This document shows positions 50,054 through 59,437 of a DNA stretch of 64,000 bases, piece by piece. The notes beneath the pieces are model-generated. The model did no database searches and was not told the DNA's origin. It saw only the letters and a list, made by a program, of their open reading frames with translations. The stretch comes from Candidatus Enterousia sp. (GTDB lineage: Bacteria; Pseudomonadota; Alphaproteobacteria; Rs-D84). The stretch covers positions 12,265-76,264 of the forward strand of contig JAZTWM010000006.1 in assembly GCA_045635825.1 (NCBI GenBank). Direction: 5' to 3'. Position numbers and translations under genes: made by a program. Positions within the stretch are counted from its first letter, which is position 1. Every line of letters begins with the position of its first letter.

Positions 50054-50452
50054 ATGGCACGTATGCGACGCAGACAGACAGATGCAGGCATTCAATTAAC
50101 GCCGATGATAGACGTTATGACGGTGTTGTTGGCGGTTTTTATGGTAACAACACCGATGATGACAACGGGTATTGATTTAGAATTGCCACGTGCGGGTGCG
50201 TCTGCAATGACCGGCAGTGATCATGCAATTCAAATTAGTGTGGATTCGCAGGGACGTTATTTTTTAAGTGAAACACAATTGTCACGTGATGAAATTGTAA
50301 AGCGTGCAATTGCGATGCGTGGTGAAAATCCAAACCTGACCATCATGATTAGCGGTGATACGCATGCGGATTATGGTGCGGTAATGTCTATGATGGGGAA
50401 ATTAAAGGATTCTGGGTTTCAAAAGGTTGGATTGCGTACACAACCAGAGTAA
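50054..50452 (+). CDS. tolR: TolR/ExbD
   Basis: TPMIDVM.VLL..FMVT.P, D....YG.VM..M..L...G. Confidence 0.9.
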   Translation: MARMRRRQTDAGIQLTPMIDVMTVLLAVFMVTTPMMTTGIDLELPRAGASAMTGSDHAIQISVDSQGRYFLSETQLSRDEIVKRAIAMRGENPNLTIMISGDTHADYGAVMSMMGKLKDSGFQKVGLRTQPE

Positions 50453-50458
50453 TTATAA

Positions 50459-51268
50459 ATGGCAAAAATTGATCAATTTTCAGCAGAAAACTTGTTGATG
50501 TCTGTTTTGGGGCATTTGGCATTGGTGGCCGTTATGGTGACTGCATTTGCGGTTGTTGTTAATCGCGCCAAATTGGTGACACCAGACAGAATACAGATTA
50601 TGGAAATTGACCTGAATGATGTTGTTGTTTCTGGTGAAGAGACCAAGTTATATAATGTTGGCCAGGTTGCAGAATCTAAGCCCGAAGAAGAAACGCCGGC
50701 CCCTGTGGCACAGCCCGATAAAAAGGAAGAAAAAGCCGAAGAAAAGCCAGAAGAGATAAAGGTTGAAACACCAACATTGGTTGAAGAGGTAAAGCCAGAG
50801 CCGGAACCAGAACCCGAAGAAGAACCTGAAAAAAAGCCAGAGCCGGAAAAGAAGGCGGAACCTGAAAAGGAATCAAAGCCGGTTGAACCAGCACCTGCCC
50901 CTAAGAAAAGGAAGGTCGTGCGTGTAAATCGCGAGGTTTTGTCATTGGAACGCACTTTGACGGTGTCTGTTGTTGATGCGTTGCGTGTCGCAATGACACG
51001 TTGTTGGGTGATTGATAATAAACGTCCAGATATTACGGATATTCGTGCTGTGGCACATTTAGCCATGCGTAAGAATGGTACTGTACGTGATGTATGGTTT
51101 GAATCGGCGGCACGTGCAGAAACGGATCCTGCATTTTCTTATGTCTTGGATACAATTCGCAGTGCCATTGACAGATGTCAGCCGTTTCGTATGTTGCCAC
51201 AGAATGAGTTTTCTAAGTGGGAAAAGATTCAGTTAACCTTTTACCCAACCCAGGGCAAGGTTATGTAG
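50459..51268 (+). CDS. tolA: TolA-like energy transducer
   Basis: TM with SxxxH, Pro/Glu/Lys linker, C-terminal CW...C.PF..LP...W domain. Confidence 0.8.
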   Translation: MAKIDQFSAENLLMSVLGHLALVAVMVTAFAVVVNRAKLVTPDRIQIMEIDLNDVVVSGEETKLYNVGQVAESKPEEETPAPVAQPDKKEEKAEEKPEEIKVETPTLVEEVKPEPEPEPEEEPEKKPEPEKKAEPEKESKPVEPAPAPKKRKVVRVNREVLSLERTLTVSVVDALRVAMTRCWVIDNKRPDITDIRAVAHLAMRKNGTVRDVWFESAARAETDPAFSYVLDTIRSAIDRCQPFRMLPQNEFSKWEKIQLTFYPTQGKVM

Positions 51269-51269
51269 T

Positions 51270-51719
51270 TTAAGATTTTTTACGGCGTTGTTTGAAAAAG
51301 TCACGTAATAGTGTGGCGGAAATCTCTGCAAATTCGGGCGCTTGGCGGACATTTGGTTTCCATAAATGTTTGTCTGTATCATAGATGCGGGCATTTGATG
51401 TTATGCCCCCGCCCTTTTCATCTGTTGCGGCAAAATATACATTGCGAATGCGTGCAAATGAAATTGCGGTTGCGCACATTGCACAAGGTTCTAATGTGAC
51501 GTATATGTCACAGTCATCCAGAAATTTTTGGCCCAATTTTTTGCAAGCACGATTTATTGCGACGATTTCTGCGTGTAATGTTGGGTTTTTGCGATATTGT
51601 ACCTGATTTTCGCCACGTGCGATAATTTTGCCATCGCGTACAATTACGGCACCGATTGGCACGTCATCATGTTTGTGTGCACGTTTTGCACAAAGAATGG
51701 CTTGATTCATAAAATTCAT
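51270..51719 (-). CDS. tadA: tRNA adenosine deaminase / nucleoside deaminase
   Basis: VPIGAVIV, HAE, TLEPCAMC. Confidence 0.88.
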   Translation of the reverse strand: MNFMNQAILCAKRAHKHDDVPIGAVIVRDGKIIARGENQVQYRKNPTLHAEIVAINRACKKLGQKFLDDCDIYVTLEPCAMCATAISFARIRNVYFAATDEKGGGITSNARIYDTDKHLWKPNVRQAPEFAEISATLLRDFFKQRRKKS

Positions 51720-51736
51720 GTTTTATACTGTATCAC

Positions 51737-52297
51737 ATGAATTCAAAGTTGCAAATTATTTCAGGACAGTTTCGTGGACGTAAGTTGCGTTTGCCGCCAG
51801 ATGCACGTCCAACACAAAATCGTGCCAGAATTGCATTGTTTAATATGATGGAATCTGGGATTGTTAATGGTGGGGCGGATTTGCGTGTGTGGGATGCGTT
51901 TGCAGGATCTGGGGCGTTTGGGTTGGAATGTTTGTCACGATATGCAAATGCTCAGGTTTTGTTTACTGACCCTGCCCCATCTTCGATTAAGACGGTGCGT
52001 GATAATTTAGCGACGTTATCTGTTGGTACGCGTGCAACAGCGGTTCAGACCGATGCGATTGGTGCGATTGCCGGGTATGGTGCAGATATGGACTTGGTCT
52101 TTTTGGATCCGCCGTATGTCGATGCGGATTTAGGTGTGGCGTTTGTTCGTCGGTATTCGACTGTTGCCAAATCTGGCGCGATTTTAATCTGGGAACAGGA
52201 AGTTGGTAACCCACAACCTGTGGATGAAGCGGTATGGGATATTTTGCGTGACAAGACATATGGTCGTGCCAGATTTTTGATTTTAAGAAAAATCTAG
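51737..52297 (+). CDS. rsmD: 16S rRNA m2G966 methyltransferase
   Basis: IISGQFRGRKL, RPT, DAFAGSGA.G.E.LSR, FLDPPY. Confidence 0.93.
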   Translation: MNSKLQIISGQFRGRKLRLPPDARPTQNRARIALFNMMESGIVNGGADLRVWDAFAGSGAFGLECLSRYANAQVLFTDPAPSSIKTVRDNLATLSVGTRATAVQTDAIGAIAGYGADMDLVFLDPPYVDADLGVAFVRRYSTVAKSGAILIWEQEVGNPQPVDEAVWDILRDKTYGRARFLILRKI

Positions 52298-52501
52298 ATT
52301 ATAAAAATTTTATTCATGTGCATTTTGCAATTGTGCAGTAAGTACATTTTTTTCTATACTTATTTTGAAGACATCAAAGGAAAGGATGTTAACGCATTGA
52401 ATGTACAATGTTTTGTTACTTGGCGTAGTGTGTTTGCACTGGGCCGGTTTTTGGCATTGTGTATTTGACGCGAGTGTTTTGGGTATAATAAAGGGAGTTT
52501 G

Positions 52502-52771
52502 ATGCGCTGTGTCGCGCTGATTTTTGCCATGATGATATGTGGGGCTGCAAATGCGGAACTGGTGTCACGTGGCTATGTCGATGCGACGGTCGAGACGCGT
52601 GTTGATACGTCCAAAGATGCCAAGCAAGTGATGACGGGACCGTCTGCCAAGATTGGTGATAAATATTTGTATGAAATATGGCCAAATGCAACAAACGCAC
52701 AGGTTGGTAAGATGTATACAGATGATACAGGATTGGATGATTGGGGCGCGATTCCAGCCGTATGGAAGTAG
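52502..52771 (+). pseudogene. Deletion-fusion relic of the adjacent two-gene surface cassette
   Basis: N-half resembles 53015..53242 (YVD...T.VDTS..A.Q...G); C-half resembles the end of 53252..54520 (KI...YLYE.WP.AT.AQVG.M...L.D....P.VW). Confidence 0.6.
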
Positions 52772-53014
52772 TTTTTGGATTATGGTGTTTCTTTTTATGG
52801 TTAGCTTGCTGTAATTTATTGTTTTTTTGTTGTTTTTTTGCGTCAAAAAGGGCTTGCCCGGTTTGCCTGTTTTTGTGTATGATATATTAAAGTATGGTGG
52901 GGTATTGAATATTCCGCAAAAGGAAGGGTTTATAAAAACATAGTTTTTTATCTTTTGTGGGGGATTTGATGTCGGTGGTTGTGAGGCGACCGCATATTAG
53001 AGGGATATTTTGGT

Positions 53015-53242
53015 TTGAGAATATTGGTGTTCGCATTTTTGATGGGGTGGTTGCCGTTTACAGCATTTGCTGTGACGGTTGCGACTGCTGATTATGTTGA
53101 TGCAAAATCTGATACCAAGGTTGACACATCCGCCAATGCAGTTCAAACACTGAAAGGGGACTATACTGTGTCTGGTTCGTTTACAGTGACAGGGGCATTC
53201 AAGGTGCCAACGCCGCCATTGCCAAATCCAGATGCAGATTAA
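53015..53242 (+). CDS. Small exported protein
   Basis: TTG start with SD GAGGG; signal peptide ending AFA; C-terminal VPTPPLP. Confidence 0.7.
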   Translation: MRILVFAFLMGWLPFTAFAVTVATADYVDAKSDTKVDTSANAVQTLKGDYTVSGSFTVTGAFKVPTPPLPNPDAD

Positions 53243-53251
53243 TACTAGGTT

Positions 53252-54520
53252 ATGAAGCGAATTTTATGTTTTTTGGTTGGTATGTTTATGTCTGTGGCAA
53301 ATGCGGCGGAAATGGCCACGATTGGATATGTTCATGAATTATTAGAGCATAATTATGGTGTCTTTGTGCCCATGAATGACACGTTGACCGATGCGGACAA
53401 GGATACGCCGGTCAATATGGAATATCTGTTAACGGTTGTTGATATCGCCAATGAGTTTATTACAGGGGTGCGTACGAACTATGCCGGGACGGTTTATGCG
53501 ACAGATGATGCGGCAGATACGGTTGCAACCATTCAGGCGTATGATACTTTGCTGAAAGAAGTTGAAGCGGTGGATTATGAATATCCGTTTGAAATGACTG
53601 TGTCGGGTGGTTCTTTGTCGTTTACAATATCTGCCCAAGGGGAGTTTTATATAGATTGGGGTGATGGAACGCAGGAAACAATAACCAAGCCAGATACGAC
53701 AAATACGACCTATTCGCATTCCTTTACTGGCTATGATTCACATTCTGTACGTTTGGGTGGGCTGGCAACCGATTACAATGATAATGTTACCACTGCGGCA
53801 ATCAGTTTTTATGGCGATTCCAGTATTTCAACCATCCAAGGTAACCTGAGCAAGATTTTCCCAACATTGGAAAATGGTGAAAACCCACGATTTTATCAAA
53901 CTTTTGCTGAAATGTCTGTGACAGGGGCGATACCGGCAAATTTATTTATAGATTTAGTTGGCGCACCAGTAGAGAATATGTTTTATAGAACTTTTTATGG
54001 CAGTAATGGTTTCCGTGGTGCAATACCGGAATCTTTGTTTGGTACAATGACAGGTGCACCAGCCAAGGCGATGTTTTATGAAACGTTTCGTGGGGTGTCA
54101 CAATTAACAGGTGGTGTTCCGGAAAAATTGTTTTCAAGTATTACAGGTGCACCCGCAGAGAACATGTTTTATGGGACATTTTATGGGCTGTCCAAAATGC
54201 GTGGAACGATTCCATCTGGTGTGTTTGCAGGGATTTCTGGCGCACCTGCCCCAGGAATGTTCAACCAGACGTTTGCCAATTGCAGTAAGTTAAGTGGTAT
54301 TGGTGAAGGGGTGTTTGGAAATCTGTCGGGGGCCGCACAAAATAATATGTTTTACAGGACATTTTATGGTGATAAAAAATTGACAGGATATACCCCAAAG
54401 ATAAATGGGCAATATTTGTATGAAGTTTGGCCAGATGCGACATCTGCCCAGGTTGGTGGTATGTTTGGCAGTTGTAATAAATTGTCTGATTATCGATCTT
54501 TCCCCAGTGTGTGGCGATAA
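53252..54520 (+). CDS. Exported surface protein with PKD-like domain and ~33-aa LRR-like repeats
   Basis: Signal peptide; IDWGDG; repeats MFYxTFxxxxxxxGxIPxxLFxxxxGAPA. Confidence 0.8.
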   Translation: MKRILCFLVGMFMSVANAAEMATIGYVHELLEHNYGVFVPMNDTLTDADKDTPVNMEYLLTVVDIANEFITGVRTNYAGTVYATDDAADTVATIQAYDTLLKEVEAVDYEYPFEMTVSGGSLSFTISAQGEFYIDWGDGTQETITKPDTTNTTYSHSFTGYDSHSVRLGGLATDYNDNVTTAAISFYGDSSISTIQGNLSKIFPTLENGENPRFYQTFAEMSVTGAIPANLFIDLVGAPVENMFYRTFYGSNGFRGAIPESLFGTMTGAPAKAMFYETFRGVSQLTGGVPEKLFSSITGAPAENMFYGTFYGLSKMRGTIPSGVFAGISGAPAPGMFNQTFANCSKLSGIGEGVFGNLSGAAQNNMFYRTFYGDKKLTGYTPKINGQYLYEVWPDATSAQVGGMFGSCNKLSDYRSFPSVWR

Positions 54521-54628
54521 TTGTTAAAAAATACTTGATTTTTTTCGTGTTTTAGGTAATAATGCGCGTCGCACAGCACCCTTGGAGGCTGTGTAATGTT
54601 AAACAAAATGCTATAAAAGGATATAAAA

Positions 54629-55243
54629 ATGGCAATTGAATTAAATGCAGAAATTCGCAATGTTGCTGGCAAGGGGGCCGCACGTAGCATCCGCAATAAC
54701 AAAAATGTTCCTGCGGTGATTTATGGCGAAAAGAAAGCCCCAATCGCAATCGAATTGAACGGTCGTGAATTCGAAATGTTGTTGAAAACCCCAGGTTTGC
54801 GGACAAAATTATTCCAAATCAAGACAGCAAACGGCACAGAAGACGCAATGTTGATGGATGTTCAATATCATCCTGTGTCTGATATGGCAATCCATGCGGA
54901 CTTTAAACGTATCGATGTCAAGAACCCTGTTAACGTTGTTGTTCCAGTTGAAGTTATCAATGCTGAAACTTCTAAGGGCTTGAAATTGGGTGGTACATTG
55001 AACTTTGCAGTTCGTAAAGTTGCTTTGCGTGGCTTGGTTGATGTTATCCCAGAAAAAATCATTATCGATTTGGCGAACTTGACAATCGGTGATGTGGTTC
55101 ACGGTACTGATTTGGTATTGCCAGAAGGTGTCGAATTGGGCTTGCATCAGGCTGAATTGGCATTCGCAATTATCGGTGGTAAGATGCCAATGGAAGAAGA
55201 TGAAAAAGCCAAAGCAGCAGCGATGGCAGCATCTAAGAAATAA
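54629..55243 (+). CDS. rplY: 50S ribosomal protein L25/Ctc
   Basis: GKGAAR..R...VPAVIYG, QYHPV....HADF, G.K.GG.L; terminator at 55245-55270. Confidence 0.95.
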   Translation: MAIELNAEIRNVAGKGAARSIRNNKNVPAVIYGEKKAPIAIELNGREFEMLLKTPGLRTKLFQIKTANGTEDAMLMDVQYHPVSDMAIHADFKRIDVKNPVNVVVPVEVINAETSKGLKLGGTLNFAVRKVALRGLVDVIPEKIIIDLANLTIGDVVHGTDLVLPEGVELGLHQAELAFAIIGGKMPMEEDEKAKAAAMAASKK

Positions 55244-55329
55244 TAAAATCCCGCCAAACGGCGGGTTTTTCTTGACAGGTTTGATTTTCATGGCTAAGGT
55301 TGTGCCCGAAAAAATCAAGGTTTTATATT

Positions 55330-55767
55330 ATGAATACAGAAAAAATAATTCGTTCAATCGTGGAAAGTTCGTATGCAGGCTGTAAGGTGGAAAGTTTGGA
55401 TATGGGGCTGACTTCGGAACTGGGGTTGGATTCATTGGATAAGATTGATATCTTGGTCAAGGTTGAACGTGCGTGTCGGGTTTCAATACCCGATGTTTTA
55501 GCGGAAAAAATTGAAACAGTTGGCGATTTGGTAAGTTGCGTTAATGGATTACGTGCAAAAGTGCCAGTTGATCGCATCTTGTCAAAAAGGCTATCTGGTG
55601 GACGTGTTGTGCGTTCTGCGTATCGTATTGATGATGGGCGTATTAAGTGTAATTTGACGGGTGGTTTTTGCCCAGAAATTAAGCCAACAATGGTGATTCG
55701 ACCAATGGAAGATATGTGTGCATTGGTAAAATGTGCCAGATATCAGCAGTACCAAAAGACGAAATAA
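55330..55767 (+). CDS. Acyl-carrier-protein domain fused to a Cys-containing C-terminal extension
   Basis: ELGLDSLD, E.....IPD..AEKI.TVGD; ~65 extra aa with CxxxxxxC...CxxxxC; ends YQKTK. Confidence 0.78.
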   Translation: MNTEKIIRSIVESSYAGCKVESLDMGLTSELGLDSLDKIDILVKVERACRVSIPDVLAEKIETVGDLVSCVNGLRAKVPVDRILSKRLSGGRVVRSAYRIDDGRIKCNLTGGFCPEIKPTMVIRPMEDMCALVKCARYQQYQKTK

Positions 55768-55798
55768 AAAATGGGCGATTTGCCCATTTTTTATGTTT

Positions 55799-56878
55799 CT
55801 ATTTTTGTTCCCCAATATAAATGCCCATGTCAAAAGCAACATCCAGTAATGGTTCATCAGATGATACATATGCATTAGATGTCACCAGTTCTGGGATTTT
55901 TGGATCTGCCTGACATTCGCCAGATGACACAATGTCCGCCAGTGCAACGGTGCGAACCATGTCGTCTTCCAGTGCGGTCATTACGTATGTTTCGCCGTTT
56001 TCAATGGCATGTAATGCACAGTCGGCAAATCGGGTTGCCAATATACGATCGGTGGCGGTTGTGTCCCCTGCCCGTTGGGTGTGTTCTGGGAATGCGGTAC
56101 GATTTACAATGCCGGATGCGGTTAATTTGCGTGAAATCATATCTGCAGGTCGTCCGGAATGACCACGCAGGCTGATTCCTTCGGATACTATGATAATTCC
56201 ATAGTCATTGGGCGCATTTTTAATATGTTTAATCAGATTATCTACATCAAACTTAATTTCTGGAATTAAAATCGCAGATGCACCGGCGGCAATGCCGGCA
56301 TGTAATGCCAGTTGACCACAGTCACGACCCATGGCCTGAACCACGAACCAGCGGTGATGACTGCGTGCGGTTAACATTAACTGGTCACAAAATAGTGTCA
56401 GTTGTTCAACAGCAGAATCAAAACCAATTGTACGTGTTGTTAGGGGGATATCTAAATCAATTGTTTTTGGAATGCATATCAGTTGCAAGTCACGATATAT
56501 CTCACGATTTGCCCATGCCAAGGATATGCTGCCGTTGCCACCAATTAGAATCAATGCGTCCAGTGCCAAATCGTTTAATGATTTGCGTAACATACGGCGA
56601 AACTTTTCAACACGACCAGATTCAGCAGCGGTTTCAAAGTTCAGTGCATTTGCACGACCGTTGTGTAGAAAACTGCCAGCCAGACGTGCGTTCTCAATCG
56701 GTATCATCATGTCGTTTAATTCAATAACTGCAGGTGGTGTTACACACAGGCCATCTGTGCCATCTAGGATGCCAAAAACACGCCAGCCACGACGTGATGC
56801 ACCACGCATAATTCTGTGAATTGCGGTGTTCAGACCACTGCAATCACCGCCTGTTGTCATAATTCCAATCTTTTTCAT
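55799..56878 (-). CDS. pfkA: 6-phosphofructokinase (divergent)
   Basis: TTGGDCSGLN, IGGNGS, PKTID, MGRDCG, LIPE, VSEG. Confidence 0.88.
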   Translation of the reverse strand: MKKIGIMTTGGDCSGLNTAIHRIMRGASRRGWRVFGILDGTDGLCVTPPAVIELNDMMIPIENARLAGSFLHNGRANALNFETAAESGRVEKFRRMLRKSLNDLALDALILIGGNGSISLAWANREIYRDLQLICIPKTIDLDIPLTTRTIGFDSAVEQLTLFCDQLMLTARSHHRWFVVQAMGRDCGQLALHAGIAAGASAILIPEIKFDVDNLIKHIKNAPNDYGIIIVSEGISLRGHSGRPADMISRKLTASGIVNRTAFPEHTQRAGDTTATDRILATRFADCALHAIENGETYVMTALEDDMVRTVALADIVSSGECQADPKIPELVTSNAYVSSDEPLLDVAFDMGIYIGEQK

Positions 56879-56992
56879 AAAAATCCCCTGTTTTCTTGTG
56901 CTATTATACCATAAATAAGTTGACAAAGAAGTTTTATTTGTAATAATTTGTCTAAATTGAAATATAACTGCAAAATTACTAGGAGTTAAGGT

Positions 56993-58144
56993 ATGTCGAA
57001 ACAGAATAAAAACAACATGGGTACGACCAAGCGTTCCACTGATGATATGATAAATGATGCCATTGCACAGCAGAATGATTGGTTGGAAAATCGTCGTGAA
57101 TATACACGTGGTTTTTTAAAGTCTTTGAATTTGTTTGCACGCCCATCTAACAAGAAAAATGTTGAAAATGTTTCTGTGGAACAGACCAAGGTTGAACAGG
57201 CACGCCGTCGTCGTACAGGATTGGGTGCGTATTGGTTTCCGGTGTTATGTGCAGTATTGGTTATTATGATTGCGATTTGGGTTATGTTTATTCGCGGTAC
57301 AACCCAGCCACGTGTTGTTGTCGTGCCAGCGGTTCCAGAACCAGTCGTTCAACGTGTCAAGGCAATTACAGTGCCAGAGTTTGATATTGTACGTATAGAA
57401 AAAGATGGAGATATTGTTATCGCAGGTCGTTGGTTGCCACATCAAAATATTTCTATCTTGGTAAATGGCAAGGTTGTTGCGACAGAACGTACCGACTATC
57501 GTGGTGAATTTGTTTATTCGCCAACAAATCAGTGGAAGCCTGGTAACTATACAATTGCATTGTTGGGTACAGATCCAGAAGTAAAATCTTCGAACAAAGT
57601 GTTTGTGTATATTTCCGAAGAAGGTCCTAAAAAATCAATGTCTTTGCTGATGACAAAAGAAGGCAGTACATTATTGCAGGGGCCGGCATATTTGTCAGAT
57701 GGTGATTTGCATGTATCAAAAATTGATTATTTGGATACAGGTCGTGTTGTTGTGACAGGGGATGCGTTGCCACGTTTGCGTGTAACTTTGTCATTGGATG
57801 GAAAATATTTGGGATATGGTCGTGTATCTGACCACAAACATTTTGGTCTGGGGGCAGATGTTGGTGAATTGGCATCAGGCAAGGAATATGAATTGATTGT
57901 ACGTTTGCATGATGGTGATGGTCGTACAGTTGGTGCAATTAAGCATAATTTTGTGATGCCAGAAATGACAGGTGATGATGATACATATTATACTGTACGA
58001 CGTGGTGATTGTTTGTGGGTGATTGCACGTAATTTTATGCGTCGTGGTGTCTTGTTCAGCATTATCGCAGAACGTAATAACATTGAAAATCCAGATTTAA
58101 TTTATCCAAAACAGTTATTGCAGATTCCGGTTGCTGGAAAATAG
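56993..58144 (+). CDS. LysM peptidoglycan-binding membrane protein
   Basis: One TM, P.FDIVR...DG..VIAGR Ig-like domain, C-terminal VRRGDCLW.IA...N.I.NPDLIYP.Q.L.IP. Confidence 0.88.
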   Translation: MSKQNKNNMGTTKRSTDDMINDAIAQQNDWLENRREYTRGFLKSLNLFARPSNKKNVENVSVEQTKVEQARRRRTGLGAYWFPVLCAVLVIMIAIWVMFIRGTTQPRVVVVPAVPEPVVQRVKAITVPEFDIVRIEKDGDIVIAGRWLPHQNISILVNGKVVATERTDYRGEFVYSPTNQWKPGNYTIALLGTDPEVKSSNKVFVYISEEGPKKSMSLLMTKEGSTLLQGPAYLSDGDLHVSKIDYLDTGRVVVTGDALPRLRVTLSLDGKYLGYGRVSDHKHFGLGADVGELASGKEYELIVRLHDGDGRTVGAIKHNFVMPEMTGDDDTYYTVRRGDCLWVIARNFMRRGVLFSIIAERNNIENPDLIYPKQLLQIPVAGK

Positions 58145-58165
58145 TTTGTTCTAAAGGGGTTCAAT

Positions 58166-58600
58166 ATGCGTCCAAATGAAATCTTGATGATGTTGCGGTC
58201 GTTAGAGCAGAATCCAGAACAGTTAACCAAACGACACTTGAAAAAGATTTATGCCCTGTTGATTGCAATGGGGCATTATCCAGTATGCCCATGGTGCAAG
58301 GAATATATATACGATATAAACGACTTTACATGGGATCATATTGTGCCGAAAGCCGCGGGGGGGGCGGATTCTGTGGAAAATCTGCAACCAATGCACCGGC
58401 ATTGTAACAACGCAGCCAAGAACGATTGTGTGTATCAAATGGACTATCACTATGACATACAAACTGAATTGGAACATACGATTTTAGATGTGCGTGTGGC
58501 GGTATGCAAAAAATCTAGGACAGAACAAAACGAAAAGAAAAAGAAAGGAAAGTACAATAATAATAAACAACGGGTTAAAACCAGAAGCAGACAAAGATAA
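58166..58600 (+). CDS. HNH endonuclease
   Basis: CPWC, DHIVPKAAGGAD...NLQPMH..CN. Confidence 0.88.
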   Translation: MRPNEILMMLRSLEQNPEQLTKRHLKKIYALLIAMGHYPVCPWCKEYIYDINDFTWDHIVPKAAGGADSVENLQPMHRHCNNAAKNDCVYQMDYHYDIQTELEHTILDVRVAVCKKSRTEQNEKKKKGKYNNNKQRVKTRSRQR

Positions 58601-58602
58601 AA

Positions 58603-59436
58603 ATGAAACACGATAAAATCAGTTTTGCGATTAAGGTGACCAATTGGTGCAATTTAAAGTGCGCGCACTGTTGCGAAAACAGTGGTCCACGTGTTATGCC
58701 CAACTTAATGCCTGTGGCCAAGGTTGAAAAGTATATTGGCGAATTTAAGGCAATGCCATTGTCAAAATGGAATCATTTAGTGTTTACGGGTGGTGAAGCA
58801 ATGGCACCCTATTTCCTGCATAATAACGAATATATGCCGCACTGCTTGTCTATGGCGGGAAATGCAGGTATGTATCCTTTTGTAAAAACAAATGGTATAT
58901 GGGGGGCAGACGAAGCCTTGCGTCATCGTATATTACAGGATTGTGCCAATGTGGCAGAAAAAAATGGAAAAATGACCTCGCTGGATATTTCTGTTGACGA
59001 GTTTCATAAAAACGTGCCTGCCGTTGCCCAGATTATTGTGGATATTGCCAGCAGTGACTATCTAGCACGTCGTGTGCGTGTTTCAATTTGTGGATTGGAT
59101 ACAATCAAATCACATGCACAGTTTAATTATTTAATCGCATATTTAAAATCACGTAACGTGCATGTGTTCCCATGCGAACACGACTTTATCGCGGCATTGG
59201 GTACGGTTGGAACACGTGTGTTGTTTGATTTCAGTACGCCTGTTGCCAGAATGGGACGTGCAAAAACCAAGGGTATGGGCGAGACCATCCCCGATGGTGC
59301 AACAGATAGTGTTTTGGGGAATTGTCTGCAGATAGATAATGATGATATTGCAACATTAAACTATTATCACAAGACACCGGTTAATGGGCGACCTGTTTTT
59401 GATGTGGCGCGTGAATTATTGTTAAAGGTTAGATAA
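58603..59436 (+). CDS. Radical SAM domain protein
   Basis: TNWCNLKCAHC (CxxxCxxC), FTGGE, TNG.W, ISVDEFH. Confidence 0.88.
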   Translation: MKHDKISFAIKVTNWCNLKCAHCCENSGPRVMPNLMPVAKVEKYIGEFKAMPLSKWNHLVFTGGEAMAPYFLHNNEYMPHCLSMAGNAGMYPFVKTNGIWGADEALRHRILQDCANVAEKNGKMTSLDISVDEFHKNVPAVAQIIVDIASSDYLARRVRVSICGLDTIKSHAQFNYLIAYLKSRNVHVFPCEHDFIAALGTVGTRVLFDFSTPVARMGRAKTKGMGETIPDGATDSVLGNCLQIDNDDIATLNYYHKTPVNGRPVFDVARELLLKVR

Positions 59437-59437
59437 A

